A stretch of 64,000 nucleotides of DNA from Candidatus Omnitrophota bacterium (GTDB taxonomy: Bacteria > Omnitrophota > Gorgyraeia > JAGLLT01), in NCBI GenBank assembly GCA_030632085.1, contig DAOVJY010000002.1, forward strand, positions 77,325-141,324, read 5' to 3'. The stretch's first letter is position 1; each line of letters begins with the position of its first letter. Made by a program: the position numbers and the translations under genes. Under the pieces are notes generated by a model. It did not search any database. It was not told the origin of the DNA and saw nothing but the letters and a program-made list of their open reading frames with translations. Positions 7,915 to 17,190 of this stretch are shown here, piece after piece.

Positions 7915-10344
7915 ATGTTAGTAAATTTAAAAAAGAGAAAAGGTATTGCCCTGCCCCTCATCATAGGTATCATTGCTCTTTTGGTTATTATTGTAATGGG
8001 CTTAATAGTTGCTTTGAAGTATGAAACGATAAGCGTCATAGTATCTTCAGATCTACAAAAGGCCGCTTATCTTGCTGATTGCGGAATTAATAAGGCGATC
8101 GCTGGATTAAAAACAAAGGCAGGAAGTGATTTTATCTGGAGTGTAAATGATACAGGTCTAGATGATACTGATTGGTATGACGGATATAGCTGTAGTACCT
8201 TATTAAGTAATCTGGGTTCATATAATGCTAATATTATAGATTGTTCGAATCAGATATATGTTAATGGTGATAATACCGGTGATAGATTAGAAGATATGTT
8301 AAATATCTTAGGCGGAAATATTGGAGGAGGCTGTAGCGGCGATGAAGGAACCAAGATTATTAACAATCGCCCGACAGCCGGCTACGAGACCAAGAAACAG
8401 CTAAGAATTGCCTTAACCGACGGTGAATATAACGCTATTAAAGATTATGTGACAATCTGTAGCTATGTAAATAGTTCGTTTAACCGGGCCCCTATAAATG
8501 TCAATACGGCAAAGCAAGCTGTTTTAGAGACCGTCTTAGAGGGCATATCGGGTATCTCAGATGGGCAAGCAGCTACAGCCGCTAACGCCATTATGAATGG
8601 AAGCGATAAAAGGCCTTTTTCTGATTGGAGCGGTTTTGATACTTGCATAGACGGCACTCTTTTAACTTTAGGCGAGAAACAGTCTATCAAAGATAACTGT
8701 AATCCTAACTCTACCGCCTGGAACAGCACTACTGGAGCATATGAACACACTTCGGATACAACAGAATTCTGTTTTCACGCTGGAGGGTATTTTGAGATAG
8801 AGTCAGAAGGCACCTTTTATCAATCCGCCGCCCAAAGTATTATTCTTGCCCGGAAAAACATTGCTACTATAGTTCATACTCATAGTGTATTTAATAAAAC
8901 TACTAAAGCCGATTTTACCGCGGGGGATACCAATTTTGACGGAACAGAAGATATCGCGGGAGAAGGTGTACCTATCTATGGAAATGTCAACTGGCTTGAT
9001 TCTTGCCCTGTTGATTCGAGTGATGAAACTGGATTGTATTCTGATGAAGCTGCGGGAATATATGATGTAGATGAGACTGATAAATGCAAACCTTTATATG
9101 ATGTTATTCCCGGCTCAATAAAATTAGGTTTTTGGGATAATTGTGATGAGGAGAATGATAATACCGCTCAAACAGGTTGGAGCTGGGAGCACTGGATAGA
9201 TTCTGAAAGCGGCTCTCTTGCAATAGTTGACCGTGATTCAGATGGTGATTATGAATTGAGCTCGACTTCCAGCAACTCAGATTCTCATCTAGATCTTCTT
9301 GGGGTTCAACCCGACCAGTGGAATTGCGGCCAGAAATTCTCAATTAGATTATACGCTCATTTATATGAAGAAAAACCTCACCCATATATAGTTGCGGATA
9401 GTAGGCGATGGGGCGAGATTTATGAAGACGAGCAGCAGATAGAATTTGTCGGGATAGGCGGAACACCTGATATGCATAAGATGTTTGTAAGTCAGTTTAG
9501 ATGTGTATACTGGGGTGGTCCGGTGGATATAAGCGGCGGCGGATTGAACCCACCCGATGATTTTTTAGATACTATGCTTAGAATGATTTGGGATGGCGGC
9601 GGCGGAGAGCACTATGTTTATATGCATGATTTATATAGTTTACCTATTAATAGTGCTACATTACCCGCAGATGGTAATCGTATCCTTCCCTGGAATGTTG
9701 CTATGAGATTAGTTGTTGATGGAAGTGGTGACGGTAATTATACGGCATACCTCGCGGTTGATGACGGAGGCGCTTATCATGAATGGTATGCAGGAGATGG
9801 GGGCGAGTGGATTCCATGGAGCTGGCGGATTCATATGGTGAAGTATGACGCGGATGACCATGACTTCCATATCATGACAGATGTAGGCGATACTGACAGA
9901 TATGATTGTATGAATCATGACCAATCAGTCAATAAGTTTATAAAGACTGATTGGTTTCTACGCTTAAGAAATGATGTCCCAAGTTACAGCCGCTATCCAA
10001 TATGGGATGATGTCCGTATTATTCCTGATGAGGGATATTATCAATCACCTCAGTATAGTCCGACAGGAGGTTCTAATGTTGAATGGGGAGCTATAAACTG
10101 GACACTGACCATGCCAGATTCTGCAAGTTCTTCTTCAGAGACAGCTGAGGTTGAAGTTGATACAGGCAGTGGTTTTAGTCCAGTGAGCCAGAATGGTAGT
10201 ATAAATGCGGCTGCATCGAGTAATATAAAATATAAAGTTACTTTAAAATCAACCGATACAACTCATAAAGAAACACCTGTATTTGAGGATATAACGGTGA
10301 TTTATTTGCCGCAAACGAAAGTATTGTACCGGAGTGGGCAATAA
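7915..10344 (+). CDS. GspK/PilX-like tip pilin fused to a large C-terminal extracellular region
   Basis: RKG|IALPL signal lacking Glu+5, AAYLADCGINKA, PINVNTAKQAVL (T2SS-K helical domain), then several hundred aa of Asp/Gly/Trp-rich sequence with DxDxDG-like motifs. Confidence 0.75.
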   Translation: MLVNLKKRKGIALPLIIGIIALLVIIVMGLIVALKYETISVIVSSDLQKAAYLADCGINKAIAGLKTKAGSDFIWSVNDTGLDDTDWYDGYSCSTLLSNLGSYNANIIDCSNQIYVNGDNTGDRLEDMLNILGGNIGGGCSGDEGTKIINNRPTAGYETKKQLRIALTDGEYNAIKDYVTICSYVNSSFNRAPINVNTAKQAVLETVLEGISGISDGQAATAANAIMNGSDKRPFSDWSGFDTCIDGTLLTLGEKQSIKDNCNPNSTAWNSTTGAYEHTSDTTEFCFHAGGYFEIESEGTFYQSAAQSIILARKNIATIVHTHSVFNKTTKADFTAGDTNFDGTEDIAGEGVPIYGNVNWLDSCPVDSSDETGLYSDEAAGIYDVDETDKCKPLYDVIPGSIKLGFWDNCDEENDNTAQTGWSWEHWIDSESGSLAIVDRDSDGDYELSSTSSNSDSHLDLLGVQPDQWNCGQKFSIRLYAHLYEEKPHPYIVADSRRWGEIYEDEQQIEFVGIGGTPDMHKMFVSQFRCVYWGGPVDISGGGLNPPDDFLDTMLRMIWDGGGGEHYVYMHDLYSLPINSATLPADGNRILPWNVAMRLVVDGSGDGNYTAYLAVDDGGAYHEWYAGDGGEWIPWSWRIHMVKYDADDHDFHIMTDVGDTDRYDCMNHDQSVNKFIKTDWFLRLRNDVPSYSRYPIWDDVRIIPDEGYYQSPQYSPTGGSNVEWGAINWTLTMPDSASSSSETAEVEVDTGSGFSPVSQNGSINAAASSNIKYKVTLKSTDTTHKETPVFEDITVIYLPQTKVLYRSGQ

Positions 10345-10355
10345 AGGAGCAGGAT

Positions 10356-11453
10356 ATGAAATCTACAATTGTTATTCTGATAACGGTTATTTTTTTATTT
10401 ATGATAAGTCCCTGTTTCGCAAGCTTGCCAATAGATGAAGCCGTTGATGAATTTAGTCAAAGGCTGGGTAAGATTACAAGCGATGGTATAGATAAAGATG
10501 ATGCTGAAGATTATTTTGAGTTGGGTAAATTCTGTATAAAAAACGGCTTACTTGAACGCGCTAAGGTTATTTTAGAAAAAGCGGCCGGCCTCGATCCAAA
10601 ATATCAAGATAGAGTAGAACATCTTTTGGCTGATATAAAGGATAAAGAAGAGCGGGGTAAGGATTTAGGATTAATTTATTCTGCATATGATGATTACAAC
10701 TTAGGATATTACGGTGAGGCAAAGATAAAGCTTGAAGAGTTGATAGAGAAATATGAAGAAAGTGAATATGTCAATAAGGCAGAGAATCTTCTTGATGAAA
10801 TGAAAAATAAAACAGAAGATAAGCCCTTTCTTTTAACTCCTGTTACAGATAATCCGATGGAATTTAGAAAGTTTATCACCGATATTATAAAAGAAAAAGC
10901 AAAAGAGCGGAATTGTGATGTGAAAGAAATTGATGTATCAAAGGTAAAAGAGGAATATCTATCAAACCTCATTAAAAAGGCCGAATATTTTATCTCTGAC
11001 ATGACAGCCAAGAGCAACGGAGAAAGCTTAAACCAGGATTACCTTTTTTTTGCAATGAAGTGTACAGAGGTAGTTTTCAAATTGTCAGAAAATGAAAAAT
11101 TAAAAGAGAAAACAAAAGACATTCAAACCGAAGCCGCGAACAAGTTATTTACCGAGTACCCGTTGCCGGCTGATATAAAAAATCTGGATTTATATTATAA
11201 GAGGCTGCAGTTAGTAGATAATAAAGAAATTATTAAGAATATATGCGAGAAATATCTTAAACTTGGCAATGTTTATCTTGAAAGAGCCAATGAATCAGAG
11301 GGCCGGAAAAAGATTGATTATTTGGTCAAAGCTTATGATGTATTTGCGATGGTTAAAGATTACGCGAAATCCGATGAGATTAAGAATAAGGCCTTTAGAA
11401 AAATAAAATTGATTCAAAAAGAGAAGAGGAAAGAAGTAAGAAAATTAAGATAA
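10356..11453 (+). CDS. Secreted TPR-repeat protein
   Basis: Signal peptide; DAEDYFELGKFC and AKIKLEELIEKYEESEYVNKA TPR/BamD-like repeats. Confidence 0.7.
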   Translation: MKSTIVILITVIFLFMISPCFASLPIDEAVDEFSQRLGKITSDGIDKDDAEDYFELGKFCIKNGLLERAKVILEKAAGLDPKYQDRVEHLLADIKDKEERGKDLGLIYSAYDDYNLGYYGEAKIKLEELIEKYEESEYVNKAENLLDEMKNKTEDKPFLLTPVTDNPMEFRKFITDIIKEKAKERNCDVKEIDVSKVKEEYLSNLIKKAEYFISDMTAKSNGESLNQDYLFFAMKCTEVVFKLSENEKLKEKTKDIQTEAANKLFTEYPLPADIKNLDLYYKRLQLVDNKEIIKNICEKYLKLGNVYLERANESEGRKKIDYLVKAYDVFAMVKDYAKSDEIKNKAFRKIKLIQKEKRKEVRKLR

Positions 11454-11639
11454 ATAAATATAAGTTTAAACATTTTCTATAATAAAAAAAAGTTACCGGA
11501 ATTTTAAAGGGAATCAATTTTCTGTTGCTAAAATATACCCCCGTTTTCGGTGTTCAAAAAGCAGTGAATTTCTTAAGCGCATGCGTGAATGTGAAACGTT
11601 GATGAAATAGCGCCTCCCATCTAATAACCAATTTAAATG

Positions 11640-11668
11640 TTGATTAACAAAAGAGTTTATTGTATAAT
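11640..11668 (+). promoter_or_regulatory. Sigma70-type promoter for pilMNOP-like genes
   Basis: TTGATT-17 nt-TATAAT upstream of GGAGA RBS. Confidence 0.6.
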
Positions 11669-11716
11669 TACATTGATTTGTTTTAGCGATTAACACTTTG
11701 GAGATGATATAAACAA

Positions 11717-13375
11717 ATGGCAATTAAGAATTTAATCGGGCTAGATATAGGCCATAGCGCGGTCAAGTTAATAAAATTTAAGAAAGTCCGCAATAAAATA
11801 CAGCTTGAGAAGGCCCGAGTGGTTGAACTGCAAGATGGTGTTTCCCCTTCAGCGGCAATAGCCGCGCTTTTTAAAAGTGAACGATTAGGCGCTTGCAAAA
11901 TAGCTATATCCGTTTCAGGCCAGTCTGTTTTTACGCGCTATACAAAGCTTCCTAAAATATCCCAGAAAAAGATTGAACAAGTAGTTAAATATGAAGCCCA
12001 GCAGCAGATTCCTTTTCCGATTGATAAGGTTGTTTGGGATTATCAGCTATTTAAAATATCTAAAGGCTCTCAGTTGGAAGTTTTTCTGGCTGCCGTTAAG
12101 AAAGACATTATAGATAATTTATATCGCCAGGTAAACGCGATTAAAGGAGCTGAAGTTGTTTCTGTGCAGCCCGCGCCGGTAGCTCTTTATAATATACTTA
12201 ATTTTAATAAAGAAATAAACGATAAAACGGTTATTTTAGATATTGGAGCTAATGTTACCAGCGCTATCATTGCTAAAGGCAGGCAGTTGTGGATAAGAAG
12301 TATACCTATGGGCGGGGCCGAGTTAACCAGGGTTATAGGTGAAAGCCTGGCTTTAAAACCTCAGGAAGCGGAGATTTTAAAACGTAAAGAAGGTATCGTG
12401 TTGGCGGGTGTTACCGGTGATGAAGACCTGACTCCAAGGTCAGACGCGATTTCAAAGGCTATTAGTCCCGTGTTAAGTGAACTTTTATCGGAAGTTTCAC
12501 GTTCTATTAGTTATTATAAATCTCAATTTGATAAAGAAGCGGTTTTTGAGAAAGTGCTGCTGACAGGCGGCGGTTCTAAGATACGTTATATCGAAAGATT
12601 TTTTGAAGCTAACCTGAAGATAAAGACAGAAAAAGTCAATCTTTTTAAAAATTTAACCACTAATAAATACGTAAAAGCTAACATTGATGACATTGATGAT
12701 CGCTTGGCGGTTGCTATGGGCTTAGCCCTCCCGGGAGTAGAAACGCCGACTATTAATTTAAATTTGATTTCTGATCAACAAAGGAAGCTCAAAGACTTTT
12801 CAAAGAAGAAAGTATATATTACCAGCTCCGCGTTAATTGCTCTCGGTATTTTTGCCATGCTGAGTTTATGCAATGCGCAGGGAGTGAATTCAGCTGCCGG
12901 CAATCTTAAAGCTATATCTCTTGAAATGAATAAATACCGTGATAATCAAGTAACAATAAATGAGTTGCAAAACAGTATCAAGGCTGTAAAACTAAAGTTA
13001 AACTTTTTAGGAGATATTACTAAAGACAGAACAATCTGGCTGAATATATTATCAAGAATAAACGGTTCTTTGCCGGGGGATACTTGGTTAATCAGGTTTA
13101 GCACCGACGCGAATGAACCTAATATTATTATTTTAGAAGGTAAAACAACCGGCCCTTTTGATACAATTAAAAACTTCGGGGAAAAGCTTCTTAGCCTTGG
13201 GTTTTTTTCCGGCGTTGAAACTTTGCGGGCTGACAGGCCGTCGGCTGAAGAAGAAGAGTTAGGCGAGCCGTACAATATAGTGTTTACTTTAAAGTTGATG
13301 TTGAAAAACCCGGCTTCTAATTTTTTCATAAGAAAAGAACCTGTAGCCGCGGAAAACAAAAGAATTAAAAGATGA
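11717..13375 (+). CDS. pilM: PilM-PilN fusion protein
   Basis: IGLDIGHSAVK, EAQQQIPF, ILDIGAN, LLTGGGS (PilM), then INLNLI + TM + LPGDTWLIRF..LEG (PilN). Confidence 0.88.
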   Translation: MAIKNLIGLDIGHSAVKLIKFKKVRNKIQLEKARVVELQDGVSPSAAIAALFKSERLGACKIAISVSGQSVFTRYTKLPKISQKKIEQVVKYEAQQQIPFPIDKVVWDYQLFKISKGSQLEVFLAAVKKDIIDNLYRQVNAIKGAEVVSVQPAPVALYNILNFNKEINDKTVILDIGANVTSAIIAKGRQLWIRSIPMGGAELTRVIGESLALKPQEAEILKRKEGIVLAGVTGDEDLTPRSDAISKAISPVLSELLSEVSRSISYYKSQFDKEAVFEKVLLTGGGSKIRYIERFFEANLKIKTEKVNLFKNLTTNKYVKANIDDIDDRLAVAMGLALPGVETPTINLNLISDQQRKLKDFSKKKVYITSSALIALGIFAMLSLCNAQGVNSAAGNLKAISLEMNKYRDNQVTINELQNSIKAVKLKLNFLGDITKDRTIWLNILSRINGSLPGDTWLIRFSTDANEPNIIILEGKTTGPFDTIKNFGEKLLSLGFFSGVETLRADRPSAEEEELGEPYNIVFTLKLMLKNPASNFFIRKEPVAAENKRIKR

Positions 13376-14160
13376 AATTTTTTAAAGAACTGCTTCAGAG
13401 AAATTTAATATTTTTTATTGTAACAGCCTTACTGTTATTAGTGGTTGTTGCCGCCGGGGTTAATTTTGCTTCCGGCCTTGGAAAGAAATATTCCCTGGAC
13501 GGTAAAATCCAAAAAGAAATGCGGCTTTTAGATAATTTCAAAACGATAAAGGACGCGGCTCCAACTTTAAAATGGATAGATTATCTATCTAAAAAAGAAA
13601 AGCTTTTTGGTAAAATATATGTTGATGCCGGCTTACTGTATGATAAGCCGGCGTCTTTTATGCCAAAAGATATTATTGAACCTTTAAAATTCAAGGAAAA
13701 GATTTTTAAAAAGCAGAAGGAGATGCGTAAAAAGGCGTATTCCAGCCAGCTTGAATTAAAAGAAGAGGCTGTATCTTTTGGTTTTAAGGAATATGAAACC
13801 AAGATACCAACTGAAGCCGAAGTTCCAAATTTGACAAAAAAATTGGATATTATTCAAGAAGTAGTAAATCTTATGTGCCTCAGTCATATTGAGACCTTAT
13901 CTTCAGTTGAGTTTCTAACTCATAGAGATGACAAGTTGGAGACTATTCGGGGTAATATCAATTACAGAGTTTTTTCTTTAAGGCTTAGCGCAACCTCATC
14001 CGTGAAAAAATTGGTTGATTTATTATTCAAAATATCAACGTCGGATTATATATTTATAACCGAAGAATTAAATATCGCACAATCGGAAGATTTTAAGGAA
14101 AAAATAAATTCAAGTTTTGTTATTTCGTGCATAGTACTTATGGAGAGCGATGAAAAGTAA
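13372..14160 (+). CDS. PilO-like alignment protein (Amuc_1100-like)
   Basis: N-terminal TM and coiled coil; PLKFKE, SFGFKEYETKIP..EVPNLTKKL motif; position after pilMN. Confidence 0.65.
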   Translation: MKFFKELLQRNLIFFIVTALLLLVVVAAGVNFASGLGKKYSLDGKIQKEMRLLDNFKTIKDAAPTLKWIDYLSKKEKLFGKIYVDAGLLYDKPASFMPKDIIEPLKFKEKIFKKQKEMRKKAYSSQLELKEEAVSFGFKEYETKIPTEAEVPNLTKKLDIIQEVVNLMCLSHIETLSSVEFLTHRDDKLETIRGNINYRVFSLRLSATSSVKKLVDLLFKISTSDYIFITEELNIAQSEDFKEKINSSFVISCIVLMESDEK

Positions 14161-14836
14161 TCCCTTATTATCCAATATAGAAAAAATAGTTTTCGGACTC
14201 TTGATTCTCATTTCATTAATTGTTATTGTAATCTATCAAGGGCGTATTTATATTAAAGATGAAACTATCAAAAATAAAATAGCCGGAGTTAAATTTAATT
14301 TACCTCCTGAAAAAATTGAAGGCGTTAAAGAATATAATGACTTAATCGCGCGGCTTAAGCGGTTAGATAGTTTTAGTAAATATGAAATCTATCTCGCGAG
14401 AAACGGTTTTCTGAAATATATTAAGCCGGTGCCCGAGATACCTCCATTTGAATTAAAGGCTGTCCGTAAAAAATATCTGGATGTGGAATATAGGGGTTTT
14501 ATAGAGTCTCTTTCGGGTACCGTTGCCCAGTTAAAGGTGAAAAACAGATCTTACTTCGTTAAAGAAGGCGATGAAATTGATGGCTATACAGTTAAAAAAG
14601 TATGTAATGATTATATGCTCATTAAAGATGGGGCCGGCGTTGAATACATATTGCCTTTAGGAGAAAAGATTTTAAGTAATGATTATGAGGCCGCGCTTTA
14701 CGTAAGTAAAACACATAAGACGGTTAAGGTAAAATTGGGTGATATTGTAAATGGCTTCAAAGTACTTGACATTTCACCTGAGAATGTGGTATTATATAAC
14801 CAAACTTATAATAAAAAACTAATTGTAGAGAAGTAA
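14150..14836 (+). CDS. PilP/GspC-like alignment protein
   Basis: N-terminal TM; two repeats of YFVKEGDEIDGYTV / VKLGDIVNGFKV beta motif typical of PilP/HR domains. Confidence 0.65.
   Translation: MKSNPLLSNIEKIVFGLLILISLIVIVIYQGRIYIKDETIKNKIAGVKFNLPPEKIEGVKEYNDLIARLKRLDSFSKYEIYLARNGFLKYIKPVPEIPPFELKAVRKKYLDVEYRGFIESLSGTVAQLKVKNRSYFVKEGDEIDGYTVKKVCNDYMLIKDGAGVEYILPLGEKILSNDYEAALYVSKTHKTVKVKLGDIVNGFKVLDISPENVVLYNQTYNKKLIVEK
14766..14795 (+). promoter_or_regulatory. Promoter embedded in 3' end of pilP-like gene, facing the secretin genes
   Basis: TTGACA-18 nt-TATTAT with TG extension. Confidence 0.5.
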
Positions 14837-14891
14837 CATAAGTGTGGACACAAGATGTTGCGATTAAGCTACTAAAAAAAGGAGAGTCTCA

Positions 14892-16001
14892 ATGTGCAGG
14901 CTTCTTAAAAAATTTACTGTATTAATTTGCTTAACTATAGTAATAGTCTTTGCTCTCAATAATATAGCCTATTCTCGAAGCAAAACAGACGCTGAAGATT
15001 TAGCCAAAAAGCTTGCTGTGCAGAAGAAGCTGGAGCAGGAAGAAAACGAGATATTGATAGATGGCCGTAATCAACGGGGCATTTATTATTTCAACAAAGG
15101 ATATTATAATGAAGCTATTCAGCAGTTTCATTTAGCCCTAGAGCTTGATCCCGGTAGTGCCGTAGCCAATGAATATCTCAATAAGGCATTGGAAAAACTT
15201 AGCAAGTCGGCTAAGAAGCATTATAAAAAGGGTGTGGCTTACTATAATAAGGGAGAAATGCAGAAATGTATTGATGAAATGTCTATGATACCCGTATGTT
15301 CTTCTTATTATCAAAAAGCGCAAGAGTATATTACATATTCTGATGAAGTATTGACCGAAGGTGCCGTTTATGGAATAAATAGCCCTAAAGCCGGAACACA
15401 GCACATTAAAGATCAAATGAGGCAAATGGACTCAGAGAAAGAGTTAGTTATGCTGCGCAAAAAAGCTCACGAGCAGCAACTCATGCTTGAAGTAGATTCA
15501 GCCTATTTACCCCCGGAATCATATGAAGAAGCAGCGGAGGAAGAAGCTATAAGCGCTGAAGAAATAGAAGAGCAGCAAAGAGAAGAAGCTCAGAAAAGAT
15601 TGCGGGCTAAGATGAATGAAAACATTGTTCCCGCTTTAAGTTTAAGTGATGCCGATATCAGAGATGTTATCAGGGAATTAGTTAAATTAACCGGTGTTAA
15701 TATCATTCTTGATGAAGGAGCTCTAAAGAAGGCATTAGAAGCCGGCATTATGACAGTGTCGTTTACTACCGTTACCCCCATGCCGCTTTTAGACTTATTA
15801 GATATTGCTTTAAAAACTTCCGATTTAACTTATAAAATGGAACCTACATATATATGGATCTCAGATAAAGAAACTATATATAAAGAAAACTTAGTCGTTA
15901 GGACTTATAAGCTTAAATATGGAGTAAGAAGCACTAGAAGTGTGCAGCTTACTCAATTTGGTGATGACGTGGATGATGACTTTGGTGATGATGATTTTTA
16001 A
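14892..16001 (+). CDS. Secretin N-terminal module: TPR repeats, N0/STN domain and first strand of N3
   Basis: Signal peptide; GIYYFNKGYYNEAIQQF TPR; LSDADIRDVIRELVKLTGVNIILD (N0/STN); ends VVRTYKLKYG plus acidic tail. Confidence 0.75.
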   Translation: MCRLLKKFTVLICLTIVIVFALNNIAYSRSKTDAEDLAKKLAVQKKLEQEENEILIDGRNQRGIYYFNKGYYNEAIQQFHLALELDPGSAVANEYLNKALEKLSKSAKKHYKKGVAYYNKGEMQKCIDEMSMIPVCSSYYQKAQEYITYSDEVLTEGAVYGINSPKAGTQHIKDQMRQMDSEKELVMLRKKAHEQQLMLEVDSAYLPPESYEEAAEEEAISAEEIEEQQREEAQKRLRAKMNENIVPALSLSDADIRDVIRELVKLTGVNIILDEGALKKALEAGIMTVSFTTVTPMPLLDLLDIALKTSDLTYKMEPTYIWISDKETIYKENLVVRTYKLKYGVRSTRSVQLTQFGDDVDDDFGDDDF

Positions 16002-16014
16002 CCTATAAAAGGCT

Positions 16015-17190
16015 ATGATAAGAAGAAAAATATTTATTATTATTCTGTTAGTATTAGTTTCAAGTAATGTTTGCTACGCGCAGGAAGGCATGAGTGTTAA
16101 GGAGTATTTAGAAGAAGCCCTTCCTTCTCAAGCCGGCAGAAAAATAGTTCTTGATAGAACTAGCGGTATTCTAACTGTAACCGATACTCCCTCTAATCAC
16201 AAACTTATCAGGCGTTTGATTGGGGAATTTGATGTTGGCCCGACTCAGGTTATGATTGAGGCTCGTTTTGTTGAGGTAAAAATTAACAATTTAGAAGAGT
16301 TGGGTACAGAGTTTTACTGGTACCAGCAAGGTGACGCTTCGGATGGTAGGATATTTAGAAGCCTTGAGGTGGGAGATGCTCCCGGTTTATATGATAGAGG
16401 CGCGTCGAGTTTCAGTGAGAGTTTAGAGACAACTGCCGACGGTATTCAATGGGGCTCTTACGATTCATCAGGTAATTACGAAGGTTTTCCGGCTGAAGGA
16501 TATGGAGCTGATTTTTTCTTTGGAAAAACCGGGTATGATGGAAATTTCTTAAGAGCTTATATACATGCTTTGGAAGAAAAAGGCAAGGCTAATACTCTTT
16601 CAGCTCCAAAGATTATGACAATGGCGGGCCAAATGGCTACTATGGAAGTTACCAGAACTTTTCCTTACGTAAGCAAGGTTGAACTTGAAAACCAAGGAAC
16701 TGCTGATGACCCGATTTGGAACTTAAAAACAACTATAGAAGAAAAGACTATTGGTATTTCACTGGAAGTTACTCCTCATGTGGCTTCCGGAAGCAAATTT
16801 ATAACTTTAGATTTACATCCTGAAGTTAATGTTTTATTAGATCAAAGGTCGATAAGACCATCTGTTGAAACAACATATTTTGATTTTGAGGATGGCGAGT
16901 ATATTTATTGGTCGAGGACTGTCCCAGGTATTCCAGATTCTGTAGGTTGGCCGACAGTAGATACCAGGTCTACGCAGACAACCGTAGTTACTCAAAGCGG
17001 CAGGACAATAATACTTGGCGGCATGATACGAGAAGAAGAGTCTGTAACGAACAAAAGCATTCCTATATTAGGAAGTATTCCCATATTAGGAAATTTGTTC
17101 AAATATAAACATGTTGAGAAGGAAAAAACAAATTTACTTATTTTTATTACCGCGACATTAATATCACCTGAAGGTGAAGAGATTAAATAA
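16015..17190 (+). CDS. Secretin barrel paralog A (PilQ/GspD family, truncated N3 plus secretin core)
   Basis: Own signal peptide; LTVTDTPSN, QVMIEARFVEV, LSAPKIMT, GISLEVTP, IPILGSIPILGNLFK, NLLIFIT. Confidence 0.9.
   Translation: MIRRKIFIIILLVLVSSNVCYAQEGMSVKEYLEEALPSQAGRKIVLDRTSGILTVTDTPSNHKLIRRLIGEFDVGPTQVMIEARFVEVKINNLEELGTEFYWYQQGDASDGRIFRSLEVGDAPGLYDRGASSFSESLETTADGIQWGSYDSSGNYEGFPAEGYGADFFFGKTGYDGNFLRAYIHALEEKGKANTLSAPKIMTMAGQMATMEVTRTFPYVSKVELENQGTADDPIWNLKTTIEEKTIGISLEVTPHVASGSKFITLDLHPEVNVLLDQRSIRPSVETTYFDFEDGEYIYWSRTVPGIPDSVGWPTVDTRSTQTTVVTQSGRTIILGGMIREEESVTNKSIPILGSIPILGNLFKYKHVEKEKTNLLIFITATLISPEGEEIK

Noticed and set aside
11454-11640. Possible further GA-capped hairpin (GAATGTGAAACGTTGA) in the spacer before pilM
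   Set aside because: Pairing is weak and the flanking TGA/GAA stem is absent, so it cannot be supported.
16001-16015. Frameshift or readthrough joining the secretin N-module to barrel A
   Set aside because: Barrel A has its own RBS-like AAAAGG and a signal peptide, and barrel B has the same boundary.
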